This document shows positions 35,471 through 47,522 of a stretch of 64,000 nucleotides of DNA, piece after piece. A model generated the notes under the pieces. It did not search any database. It saw only the letters and a list, made by a program, of their open reading frames with translations, and was not told the DNA's origin. Made by a program: the position numbers and the translations under genes. The DNA is taken from contig OZ360220.1 of assembly GCA_977017645.1 (NCBI GenBank), positions 187,550,001-187,614,000 on the forward strand, read 5' to 3'. The DNA comes from Torpedo marmorata (Eukaryota). Positions within the stretch are counted from its first letter, which is position 1. Every line of letters starts with the position of its first letter.

Positions 35471-36649
35471 GACTTATTTCATTTACTATTAATAATCAAT
35501 TATTTAAAATTTGGTTTCAAAAAGGAATTAAGAAGATTAATGATTGTTTTGAAGCTGGAAAATTTATTACCTTTCAAAGAATGAAAGATATATTTAATAT
35601 ATTAGATAATACACTTTTTGCTTATTATCAAATTAGAGCTTTTTTGATTGAGAAATTAGGTTATGCTTTGATTTTGCCAAGACAAAATGAATTAGAATTA
35701 TTAGTTACTAAAGGAGATGTTAATAAATTTATTTCTCAAATGTATAAATTGTTTCAGAGGAAAATGCCTAAAGTAGGAATGCATAAATCAAGATTAAAAT
35801 GGGAATTAGATTTGAATGTAAGAATAGATGAAAATCATTGGAAAGAATTATCTAAATTAAATATGACGAAGATTATTAATGTTAGATATAGATTAGTTCA
35901 ATACAATTTTTTTTCATCAATTATATTTAACACCTAAAAAATTAAAGAAATTTAATCCGACATTATCAGGTTTATGTTTCAGATGTAATAAAGAAGAAGG
36001 ATCTTTTGTACATTCTACATGGTTTTGTCCAAAAGTTTATGATTTTTGGTTGAAAGTTAAAAGTTTTTTAGATAAAGTATTTAAAATTACGTTTCCAATG
36101 GATTCTATGATATTTTTGTTTGGAGATATTAGAAAATTTAGTATTAAGATGAAATTGAATATGTATCAAATAGAATTTTTGCGAATTGCTTTAGCTGTTT
36201 CAAAGAAATGCATTGCTATTACTTGGAAATCTGATTTAGATTTAGGATTAGAAAGATGGCATGCAGAACTTCGTTCATGTATACCACTTGAAAAAATTAC
36301 TTATAATTTACGTAATAAATATCATTTCTTCTTAAAAATTTGGAGCCCATATATGAGAGCTGTTGGCTTAAGAATTTGAGGATCTCTGGGTATTGGGTCT
36401 ACTGGCATACTTGACCTCCATAATAGAAGTAGTTTATAGATTGGCATTCCCCTAACTCTATTTTTCTCTTTCTTTCTCTTTCTTCTTTTTCTATTTTTAT
36501 TTTATATTTTTATTAGATTAGTGGGATTGGGAGGGTTGGGGAGGGGAGGGAGGGAGGGGGGGTGAAAATGTATCACAAATAATTTCATAACTGTATATTT
36601 TATTTTATGTATTTTGTGATTTAAAAATTTTAAATAAAATATTTTTTTA
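35471..36649 (+). mobile_element. 5'-truncated L1 with 16-bp TSD
   Basis: TSD aaaaagtacttcatta at 35455-35470 and 36650-36665; ORF2 C-terminus with one frameshift. Confidence 0.95.
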
Positions 36650-37403
36650 AAAAAGTACTTCATTACATCTGAGAACCTTGGGTTTTTTTCTGAAGTGCAG
36701 AGAAAAGCTAACATGGTAATCAGGAGCAGGAACAGGCCTCTGAGTCCCTCAACTCTGCATCATCGTTTCATGAGATCAAGTCCGATCTGACTTTCACAGC
36801 AACTCCACTTGCCTGCCCACTTTTCACTCCCTTGATTAGCAAGATTCTATTTACTTCTGCCTTAAGCGTACTCAAGGCTCTCCTGTGCCCTTTGAGGAAA
36901 AGAATCCCAAAGATGCTCTGAGAAAAAAAAAGCTGCCTCATCTCCATCTTAAAATAGCTAGCTCTTATTTTAAACAGGACCCTCTAATTCTAGATTCTCC
37001 ATAAGATCAAAGATCCTCTCCACATCCATCCTATCAAGACCCCAGAGGATCGAATGTTTCAGTCATCCCTCTCACTCCCCAACCTTACCTCGTAAGGCAA
37101 CCTGCTCATTCCAGATAGGCATAGAACAGTTCAGCACAGGAACAGTGCTTTGTGGTTTTGGCCAAAATATCAGCGCTGAAACGATGCCCAAGTTCAACTA
37201 CAACTCTGTTGCTTGCACATGATCCATATCCCTCTATTCCCTGCATATTCGTGTGTCCTGATCTCGAAACCTCTGAACTGCTTCCGACTCATTTACACCT
37301 TAATAAGGAGACTGACACTGCACAATACTGCTGATGTGAAATCAACAGTGCCTATAAGACTTGAGCATACCCTCCCTATTTTTGCATTCATTTCTTCTCA
37401 CTA

Positions 37404-37646
37404 TGATAGGCCTATCAATGATTCCAGAGAGGCGAGAAGTAGTGCAGGAACAGTAGGCTTTTATTAGCTATAAAAGAGCACGGCAGTTTACCTGCTGGGA
37501 CCTGCTGATCTATCCCGGAATGAGGGCGGAGCAGTGGCACAAGGGCCTTTATTCGGGGTAGGAAGGGGAGGAGCAACCGGGACAGACAGCAGGGCATGCC
37601 CAGACTTATCCTCAGCCCACAATACACATAACAGTGGTTTACCACA
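37404..37646 (-). mobile_element. Solo LTR related to the Gypsy LTR at 43551-43804
   Basis: Reverse complement reads tgtggtaaaccactgtt...gggctgaggataagtctgggcatgccctgctgtctgtcccgg...aataaaagcc...tatca; flanks cacta/cacaa (5-bp TSD, one mismatch). Confidence 0.9.
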
Positions 37647-37769
37647 CACAATGAATAGGCTTTGTTTGTTCTCCAGATTACGTGCTCTACTTCTATACAA
37701 ACCTTCTGCAAATCAAGCACCGGGACACCTCAATCCTTATGAAAGCTTCTGCAAGACTTGATGAGCCAG

Positions 37770-37939
37770 TGTAACTGTGCCTTGACCATGTGTTGGAGAA
37801 ATGCTGAAACTTGTTTGCACCAGTAGATCCTGGCCACACCGAGTACTGCGTGCATTTCTGGCCTCCTTACTTGAGAGAGGATATACGGACTTTTAGGAAA
37901 TGCAGAGGTTCACCAGCTTGATTCAGGAAATAAAGGGTT
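37770..37939 (+). mobile_element. CR1 fragment (continues at 41871-42305)
   Basis: ggccacaccgagtactgcgtgcatttctggcctcc, MQRFTSLI; resumes after the L1 TSD. Confidence 0.75.
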
Positions 37940-40900
37940 GGCACTGGGGTCATTGCAAATTAATAAATCTCCAGGGGAGGATGGGTTTCCACCTGAATTT
38001 TATAAAGAATTTAAAGGTCATGGCCAGAATTAACACGTACCTAAGCGAAGATCTGGACCCACTGCAATTCGCCTATCGTCACAATCGCTCCACAGCAGAT
38101 GCAATATCGCTGGCTCTCCACTCAGCTCTGGATCACCTCGAAAACAGCAATTCATACATACGGCTACTCTTCATAGACTACAGCTCGGCCTTCAATACCA
38201 TTATTCCCTCAGTGCTGGTCAAGAAGCTACAAACTCTAGGCCTCTGTACCCCACTCTGCAACTGGATCCTTGACTTTCTCATCGGAAGACCACAGTCAGT
38301 ACGAATTGGAAACAACGTCTCCTCCTCACTGATTATCAACACAGGCGCACCCCAAGGATGCGTGCTTAGTCCACTGCTCTACTCGCTATACACTCATGAC
38401 TGTGTGGCCAGGCACAATTCCAATGCCATATACAAGTTTGCCGATGACACCACAGTTGTCGGCAGAATCACAAACGGCAATGAGGAAGCGTACAGGAGGG
38501 AGATAGATCAGCTCATTGAATGGTGTAATGACAACAACCTCGAGCTCAACGTCAGTAAAACCAAGGAGATGATTGTGGACTTCAGGAGGAAGTCAGGGGA
38601 ACACAACCCAGTCCTCATCGAGGGCTCAGTCGTGGAGAGGGTCAAGAACTTCAAATTCCTGGGTGTCAACATCTCCGAGGATCTGTCCTGGAGCATCCAC
38701 GTGGATGCAATCACAAAGAAGGCTCGTCAGCGGCTATACTTTGTGAGGCGATTGCGGAGATTCGGTATGTCGCCAAAGACTCTCGTGAACTTCTACAGGT
38801 GTACCGTGGAGAGCATTCTAGCTGGTTGCATCACTGCCTGGTATGGTGGTGCCAACTCCCAGGACAAGAGCAAAATACAGAAGGTTGTTACCTCGGCCTG
38901 TGACATCACGGGCACCAAACTTCACTCCATCGAGGACATCTACATGAGGCGATGTCTTAATAAAGCAGCCTCTATCCTCAAGGACCCCCACCACCCAGGC
39001 CATGCCCTCTTCACGCTGCTTCCATCGGGGAAAAGGTACAGGAGCCTAAAGACGAGCACTCAACGGCACAAGGTCAGCTTCTTCCCTGCTGCCATCAGAT
39101 TCCTGAACAATCAATGAACCAAAGACACTAGTGCACTATTGTTTATAATTTTTATATAGTAATGTCGTTAGAATGGTTAATATGAATGTTAATTGCACTA
39201 TGATGCTGCCGCAAAGCACCGAATTTCATGACTTGTTCATGACAATAAATTCTGATTCTGATTCTGAGATCTTTTGATACCTCTATTTATGGAGGTGTTG
39301 GATCAGGCGGTCAGGACACATACCCTCCCGGAATCATTCTCAACAGCAATAATTACAGTGATACCAAAAAAAGATAGGGATCCATTAAAACTGTCTTCAT
39401 ATCGACCTATAAACAGGCTGGCAGATTTTTTGCCAAAATTGATAAATATGGACCAAATAGGCTTTGTACAAAAAAGACAAATAGTGGACAAAGTAAGCAG
39501 ATTGCTTAGTATAATACATCTGGCACAATCGAGAGGTGATCAAGGTGTTGCTGTGGCCCTGGATGCAGAAAAACCTTTTGAAAGAGTGGAGTGGGACTTT
39601 TTATTTAAAGTGCTGGAATGATTTGGACTTGGACAGAATTTCATAAACTGGATTAAGGCTTTATATAATAAGCCCCAAGCTAGAGTTGTGACCAATGGAC
39701 AAATTTCTTCAGCATTCCCACTATCCAGATCTACTAGACAAGGCTGTCCACTGTCTCCAGCTCTTTTTATTTTGGTTATAGAACCATTAGCAGAAGCTAT
39801 TCGGCGAGATCCAGAAATTAAGGGATTCAGGATTAACCAGGAAGATTACAAAATTAACTTATTTGCGGATGATGTACTGATTTACCTGACAGAACCAGCA
39901 GTTTCATTAGAAAAATTGCACTTAAAATTGGAAGATTATGGGAAAATTTCGGGTTATAAAATAAATTGGGACAAAAGCGAGATTATGCCACTTACGGGTG
40001 GGGAATATACTCAATACCAAAGAAATACTAATTTTAAGTGGCCGGCAAATGGGATAAAATATTCAGGTATCAAAACAAATAATAACTTACAAGATTTGTA
40101 TAATTTAAATTACCTCCCCTTGCTTATAAAAGCTGAAGAGGATCTTAATAGATGGGTGGCACTACCAATAACACTTATTGGTAGGGTCATCTATATAAAA
40201 ATGAATATATTGCCATGGGCCCAATACCTTTTTCAAACATTACCTATACCATTGCCTCGAAGGTTCTTTCAAGATTTAAATAAATGTATCAGGAAGTTTA
40301 TTTGGAGAGGTAAGGTAGCCAGAGTCTCCACTGAAAAATTAACATGGAGATATGAACTAGGAGGTTTACAACTCCCAGATTTTAACAAATATTATTGGGC
40401 AGCCCAAATGAAATTTGTCACCTCTTTTTTTGAAAGGGGAGACAAGTCTTCTTGGGTAAAGATGGAACTGCATAAGGTGGGAGAGAAGATAGCAGAAGAC
40501 TTTCTATACAAATGGGATAAAAAAAAAAAATCCAGTGTGAAAGAAACCCCCCTGTTGAAACACATAATTGATATCTGGCATAAAATAAATTATCAGATTG
40601 GGAATAAGGGGAGGTTATCTCCAAAAATGCCCCTGGCTCAAAATAGGTGTATACCTTTTACAATGGATAATAAGATCCTGGACGCCTGGTCCCGGAAAGG
40701 GATCAGATGTGTCGAGGATTGCTATGAGCAGGGACAACTTATGTCATTTGAACAATTAAAAAATAAATATGGTATTATGAACAACACACTCTTCTACTAT
40801 TTCCACTTGAGATCTTACTTAAGGGATAAATTGGGTCCATCAATGATCTTACCGAAATGCAGTGAAGTGGAGACTTTGATTCGAAAGGGGATCACAAAGA

Positions 40901-41870
40901 AGTTTATTTCAGCAGCCTATCTTTTACTACAAAAAGGAACCCCTAAACAGGGGCTACATAGATCTAGACAGAGATGGGAATCAGACTTGGATATAATAAT
41001 TAATGAACAAAACTGGTCCGACTTATGTCGGGAAAGAATGAAAAATACAATAAATATGAGATACAGACTGGTACAATATAATTTTTTGCACCAGTTACAT
41101 CTCCCGCCGCAAAAATTGAATAAATTTAAATCATAAATATCAGATAAATGTTTTAGTCGCGGCAAAGTAATAGGAACGTTTTTACATTTAACCTGGTCAT
41201 GCCAGGTAAAACCTTTCTGGACCGACTTAGGGAAACTCTTAGAACAAATTACAGAAATTCAGTTCCCACAACGCCTAGAATTATTTCTATTGGGCAATAT
41301 CTCCGGCGTAAGTCCTAAGATGAGGCTGTCAAAATTTCAAATAAAATTTGTGGAGATCACATTGGCGGTGGCCAGGAAATGTATAGCGGTCACATGGAAG
41401 TCTGATTCCCATCTAGGTATGACAAGATGGAATGAGGAAATGTACAGCTGTGTTCCCCTTGAGAAGATTACCTATAATCTTAGAAATAGATATGATATAT
41501 TTTTAAAGATTTGGACTCCATATTTACAATATATGGCTGTAAATCTATAGCTAGGCCCCTCCTCGCCTCCAGAACCTATGTCTATTTCCTCTTTAAAAAT
41601 CCGAGTATGCCAAGTAATTTAAGCCTGCGGGGTGGACGACGAACCTCCAACGTCTTCTTTCCTTTTCTACTTCAACCTTTTCTTATTCTATTCCTCTCCT
41701 TTCTTTCTTTTAGGGGGGAATTGGGTGGGTGGGTTTTTCTCTGTTTGTAATTTTGTTGTTGTTTTTTAGTATAATAGTCAGTAAATGAATATTATATTTC
41801 ATGATGTATTATTTTTGTTATTGATAATATGTTTGGCTTTAAAAAAAACCAAATAAAATATTTTTTTAAA
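37940..41870 (+). mobile_element. 5'-truncated L1 of a second, more divergent family, with 15-bp TSD
   Basis: TSD aggaaataaagggtt at 37925-37939 and 41871-41885; LDAEKPFE, TRQGCPLSP, LFADD and PLEKITYNLRN. Confidence 0.95.
38017..39266 (+). mobile_element. Young 5'-truncated Rex1/Babar LINE nested in the L1; RT frame intact to 39117
   Basis: [47 protein letters not shown]; (attctg)n tail; the L1 reads FYKEFK|DLLIP across the insertion. Confidence 0.95.
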
Positions 41871-43169
41871 AGGAAATAAAGGGTTAACATGGGAGTTTGA
41901 GTAGCATGGGACTATATTTATTGGAGATTAGAAAGATGAGGGGTGATAGATTAGATAGAAGCAGGGTGGTTGTTTCCACTGACAGATGAGACTAGAACTC
42001 GGGAACATAGCCTTAACATTCAGGCGAGTAGATTTAAGACAGAGAGAAGGGGGAACTGCTTTTCCCAGAGAGTGGTGAGTCTGAAGAATTTTCTGCCTAA
42101 GTAAGCAATAGAGGCTGCCTCACTGAATGTATTCAAGACTCAGATAAATAGATTTTTGAAGAATAGGGCATTAAGGGTTATGGGGATCAGACGACTAAAT
42201 AGAGCTGAGTTCATGGCCAGATAAGTCATGATCTCATTGAATGCCAGAGCAGGCTTCATGAACCAGATCCCCTACTCCTGCTGCTGTTTTTTACATTCTT
42301 ATATATCTTATAAACAGCTAATTCTTCTTAACTTTGCTCTCAAAACAGTCAAAACTACAGCGCAGTCCGGCAAAGTCAGTTTTGGAGAAATAGCCTCAAG
42401 TACGGGCTGAAGGGGGGTTTATGAGCTGACATGTTGAAACAGTGATGGGTATTAGCCTGGATATTTTAAATTGTCTGGAAACCAGCACTGATTGTAAACT
42501 ACATATTGAGTGATTACAGTGCAGCTCATTGACTTGTATTACATAAGAGGCCTGATAGGAGCAATGAAAGATAATCAATGGGCATTTTTCACATCCAAGC
42601 ATCATGCAGCCAACACAATGACAGAACCGAAATGCACACATCCTCCCTCTACTTATGTCTCAAGCCAAATACACTCTCAATCAAATGTAACACATCCAAT
42701 AAATGCCCCAATCTTCATGTATTTTGAATCAAGGGATTACATTCAATTCACTGTCCATATTCAAAGTTTTTGAATATAATTTTAAACTTTTTAATATAAG
42801 CCTTATTTGTACATTCTTAAATATGTGAAGTTAAAAAGCACAATATAATTTTATTGCTATATTTCAGTAGGCAGCTGTATACAAAATATCAGGATGTATT
42901 CCACTGTTATTCTTGTAGCAAAGTATTAATTGTGTACATAAAGATGTAGATTTGAATTACACAGCTACTGAAACTATGTGAAGAATTGCATTTTCATCAT
43001 AAAACGTCAATGTTGCATTAGATGCTGCACACACACAAAGTCTATGATTTGGAAATCTCCAACGTTAGGTTAACTTATTCTAACTTTCAGTCTGTGTCAG
43101 AATTCCTCATTTCTGCCTGTGACTCATCTGTGATTTGAGCCTCAGTTTTTCTCTCTCTCTCTCTGCTCT

Positions 43170-43550
43170 CTACATGGATCATAAAATGGAACAGTACAGC
43201 ACAGGAACAGGCCCTTTGGCCCTCAATACCTGTGCCATGCACAAAGGCCAATAATCTCCATCTCTTTTGCCTGTACATTATCCATATCCTTTCATTCCCT
43301 GCATCTTCATGTCTCTATCTGCAAACCTTTTCCGCATTACTATTGCGCCTGCTTCCACAACTACTCTTGGCAGAAGGTTCCAGGCACCCACCACTCTGTG
43401 GGAAAATAATTTGCCACACATCTCCATTAAACTCACACCAGCATCCTCCCCCCTCCCCCACCAACCCACCCACCTTAAATGCCTGTCCTCTTGCGCTTGA
43501 AAATATTACCCTGGGGGAAATTTTAAAAAACTTCTATTTGGTCTGCCCTC
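43170..43550 (-). mobile_element. CR1 3' end
   Basis: Minus-strand LFSHRVVGAWNLLPRVVVEAG. Confidence 0.75.
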
Positions 43551-43804
43551 TGTGGTAAACCACTATTGTATATACTATGGGCTGAGGACAAGTCTGAGCA
43601 TGCCCTGCTGTCTGTCCCGGTGGCTCCTCCCCCTTCCCCCTTGAATAAAGGCCTTGAGCCACTGACCCCGCCTCCAGTTCCGGGACAGTCCAGCAGGAAT
43701 CAACAGGTCAATTGTAGCTTGGCCCTGGCTCGGTTTTACTGTTAATAAAAGCCTTCGATCTCCCAGTACTTCCTGCCTCTGGTGAGTTATTGATAGGTGT
43801 ATCA
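43551..43804 (+). repeat. Gypsy 5' LTR (254 bp)
   Basis: TG...CA; boundaries confirmed by the solo LTR at 37404-37646; AATAAA at 43744-43749. Confidence 0.9.
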
Positions 43805-43828
43805 ATTTTATTAACAGTATTAAAACCG

Positions 43829-45202
43829 ATGGAGAACGTTTTGAGACCGGACAAGTTGGATATCGATCCCCTGGCTCAAGACGCCTCAAGCGCTTTTGAA
43901 CTCTGGCTACGCTGTTTCCAACCGTTCCTGAGGTCGATCACAGTAGTCAGCGAGGACGACAAACTAGACATCCTCATGTCCAGGGTAAGCCCTCGGGTGT
44001 ATAACACCGTTCGAGACTGCCAGACCTACGAAGGGGCCTTGGCAGCCCTAAAGAGACTGTACCTAACGCCCATGAACGCGGTCTACGCGAGACACCGGCT
44101 ATCGCAACGGCGCCAGCGACCCAGGGAGTCGATCTCCGAGTACATCCAGGACGTGCAGTCGCTGGTGCGGGTGTGCGACTGCAAAGCGCTGACGGCTGAG
44201 CAGCACGCTGATCTGCTGGCAAGGGACACTTTTATTATGGGGCTCAGGTCGGCATACATCCGCCAGCGATTACTGGAGCACGCCGATCCGACCCTTAAAT
44301 CCACAGTCCAGACGGCCCTCACGCTGGAGGCTGCGCTGAGAAACTCTGATGCTATGCAGGCGCAGCCTGCCTCGTGGACAGCCCCAACCGCCAGCCCTGC
44401 AAGCGAGATGACCGCCGCTGCCGTCAGCCGCGACCCGATCGCCGCCGCCGCCGCCATCCGTGAGCTGGCTGCCGCCGCCGCCGCCGCCGCCGCCCGAGAG
44501 CCCGCCACCGCCACCCGTGAGTTAACCGCCGTGGCCATTACCCGGGAGCCCGAGAAGTGTTACTTCTGCGGGCTCGACAAACATCCGCGCAAACGCTGCC
44601 CGGCCCGAGACGCGACTTGCTCCAGTTGCGGCAAAAAAGGCCACTACGCTAAGGCCTGCAGCTCCAAGCCGCGAGCGGGTCCGAGCAGCGCCGCGTGCGA
44701 AGTGAGGGAGCGGCCATCTTACCTGTCGTCACTTCCGGTGGCGACCTCGTGCGAGGAATGGAGGCGGCCATATTGGACCCCGGCACTTCCGGCACTGGCA
44801 CTTCCGGCGCGGCCATTTTACGGCCTCACCTCGGCACTTCCGGCACTTCCGGCGCCGCCATCTTGTAACGCCAGCCGCGGGCAGCCATCTTCGCCAGCGT
44901 CGGATCAAGACTGCACGTCGGATCAAGACTACGACTACGTCCCGACCCTGGCGTCCGTTACTCTTGATCAGAATGCGCCCCACCAGCTGTCCAGATCGAT
45001 GATGGACATATTAGTCGAGGGGCGTAAGACTACCTGCCTATTTGACACAGGCAGCACCGAGAGTTTTATTCACCCCGACACTGTCCAGCGCTGTGGCCTC
45101 ACGACTGTACCGGTAAGCCAGAGGGTGGCCATGGCGTCTGGCACACACACAACGGACATCCGGGGGGGGTTGTGTGGCGAACATTGTGGTGCAGGGCACT
45201 GA
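43829..45202 (+). CDS. Gypsy gag-protease (frameshift near 45170)
   Basis: MENVLRPDKLDIDP; CYFCGLDKHPRKRC and CSSCGKKGHYAKAC knuckles; LFDTGS protease; poly-Ala tract. Confidence 0.9.
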   Translation: MENVLRPDKLDIDPLAQDASSAFELWLRCFQPFLRSITVVSEDDKLDILMSRVSPRVYNTVRDCQTYEGALAALKRLYLTPMNAVYARHRLSQRRQRPRESISEYIQDVQSLVRVCDCKALTAEQHADLLARDTFIMGLRSAYIRQRLLEHADPTLKSTVQTALTLEAALRNSDAMQAQPASWTAPTASPASEMTAAAVSRDPIAAAAAIRELAAAAAAAAAREPATATRELTAVAITREPEKCYFCGLDKHPRKRCPARDATCSSCGKKGHYAKACSSKPRAGPSSAACEVRERPSYLSSLPVATSCEEWRRPYWTPALPALALPARPFYGLTSALPALPAPPSCNASRGQPSSPASDQDCTSDQDYDYVPTLASVTLDQNAPHQLSRSMMDILVEGRKTTCLFDTGSTESFIHPDTVQRCGLTTVPVSQRVAMASGTHTTDIRGGLCGEHCGAGH

Positions 45203-47522
45203 ATATCGGGGTTTTTCGTTACTCGTCATGCCCCGTTTGTGTGCGCCTGTACTACTGGGACTTGACTTCCAGAGTCACCTACGGAGCGTCACCATGCGCT
45301 ACGACGGGCCCCACCCTCCGATCACAGTGACTAACCCCCAGTACTTAAACAATATGCCCCAAACTACCTGCGGTCTCTCCACGCTGAAGATCCCGCCCCC
45401 GTCACTCTTCACCAACCTGACCCCTGACTGTAAGCCCGTAGCAACTAAGAGCAGGTGATACAGTGCAGGGGACAGGGCATTCATCAAGGCGGAGGTGCAA
45501 CGGCTACTGGGGGAGGGGATCATCGAGCCCAGTAACAGCCCCTGGAGAGCCCAGGTAGTCATAGTAAAGAACGGGGCAAAGAGCCGGATGGTGGTGGACT
45601 ATAGCCAAACAATTAATCGGTTCACGCAATTGGATGCCTACCCGCTACCGCGAATCGCGGATATGGTTAACCAAATTGCACAGTATAACATTTTCTCCAC
45701 CATAGACTTAAAGTCGGCGTACCACCAGCTTCCGATTCGCCGGGAAGACCGCGCGTACACCGCATTTGAGGCGGACGGCAGGTTGTTCCATTTCCTGCGC
45801 GTCCCCTTCGGGGTAACAAATGGGGTGTCCGTGTCCCAGCGGGAGATGGACCGCATAGTTGATCAATTCAAACTAAAAGCCACCTTCCCGTACCTGGACG
45901 ACATCACCATTTGCAGTCATGATCGCCAGGATCACGATAGGAACCTTCGGAGGTTCCTGCAGGCGGCCGAGACGCTGAACCTCACCTATAACAAGGAGAA
46001 GTGCGTGTTCGGGACTACCCGACTCGCCATCCTGGGGTGCGTCGTGGAGAACGGGGTGATTGGACCCGACCCCGACCGCATGCGGCCCCTGCTGGAACTT
46101 CCGACTCCCCATACCCCCAAAGCCCTTAAACGATGCCTCGGGTTCTTCTCGTATTATGCGCAGTGGGTCCCTAATTACGCGGATAAAGCCCAACCCCTCG
46201 TCAAATCCACCAAATTTCCCCTTGCAGCGGAGGCACGTGAGGCCTTCGACCTCATAAAAGGGGACATTGCCCGAGCAGCAATGCACGCGGTGGACGAGTC
46301 GGTACCTTTTCAGGTAGAGAGTGACGCATCGGACTTCGCGCTGGCTGCCACACTCAACCAGGCGGGAAGACCGGTGGCGTTTTTCTCCCGCACCCTTCAA
46401 GGCCCCGAAATTCGGCACTCCGCGGTTGAGAAAGAAGCCCAGGCCATAGTAGAGGCTATCAGGCACTGGAGGCACTATCTCGCCGGCAAGTATTTTACCC
46501 TGCTGACGGACCAACGCTCCGTCGCGTTCATGTTTAACAACCAGCAGCGGGGTAAAATCAAGAACGACAAAATCATGAGGTGGAGAATAGAACTCTCCAC
46601 CTACAATTACGACATCCTTTACCGGCCCGGGAAGCTCAACGAGCCCTCCGATGCTCTATCCCGGGGATCGTGCGCCAGCGCACAGATCGACCGGTTACAC
46701 GCCCTACATGACGACCTCTGCCACCCAGGAGTTACCAGGCTCTTTCACTTCGTGAAGTCACGGAACCTGCCATACTCCCTGGAAGAGGTCAGGACCATGA
46801 TCAGCAGCTGCTGGGTCTGTGCGGAGTGAAAACTGCAATTCTACCGCCCCGACAAGGCACAGCTGGTCAAGGCCACCCGCCCTTTCGATCGTCTTAGTAT
46901 CGACTTCAAGGGCCCCCTTCCCTCCACGAACCGCAATGTGTATTTTCTCAACATCATTGATGAATACTCGCGGATCCCCTTCGCCATCCCCTGCCCCGAT
47001 ACCTCAGCATCCTCTGCTATTAAAGCCCTCCGCCAGGTATTCACATTATTCGGGTTCCCCTGCTATATCCATAGTGACCGGGGATCCGCCTTTATGAGTG
47101 AGGAACTGCGGCAGTACTTGCAGACCCGAGGCATCGCCACCAGCAGAACCACGGGGTACAACCCACGGGGAAACGGGCAGGTGGAGAGGGAGAGGGAGAA
47201 CGCTACCGTAAAGGGTGGCCGGTGGCCCGTTGGCAGGAGGTTCTCCCGGACGCCCTCCACTCCATACGATCCCTCTTGTGTACCTCTACCAATGCTACCC
47301 CTCATGAATGTCTTCTTTCCTTCCCCAGAAAGTCGACCACCGGAACCACCCTCCCTGCCTGGCTGACGTCCCCGGGACCAGTGCTACTCCGCAAGCACCT
47401 ACGGAGTAGCAAGTACGAGCCCTTAGTTGAGAGGGTGCAGCTGACCCACGCGAACCAGCAATACGCATTTGTGATCTTCCCTGATGGGCGGGAAGACACA
47501 GTATCGATACGGGACCTGGCGC
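45174..47522 (+). pseudogene. Gypsy pol (RT, RNase H, integrase) with stops and frameshifts
   Basis: RMVVDY, IDLKSAYHQ, VPFGV, YLDD, ESDASD, LTDQ, HDDLCHPG..CWVC, IDFKGP, SDRG, GNGQVER. Confidence 0.93.

Larger units (their letters stand above)
43551..47522 (+). mobile_element. Ty3/Gypsy LTR retrotransposon, 3' end missing
   Basis: 5' LTR, gag with Zn knuckles, then PR-RT-RH-IN order; GC- and CpG-rich; ends abruptly at a SINE fragment (about 47523-47588, minus strand). Confidence 0.95.

Noticed and set aside
35296-35937. 213-aa ORF as a host-L1 fusion gene
   Set aside because: It is read-through from flank into a truncated L1, starts at a non-ATG codon and ends at a frameshift.
37900-39117. 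405-aa ORF as a real or domesticated gene
   Set aside because: It is a chance in-frame fusion of CR1, L1 and truncated Rex1 pieces.
44083-46514. Long antisense ORFs (151 and 213 aa) in the Gypsy element
   Set aside because: These are expected shadows of GC-rich coding sequence and carry no motifs.
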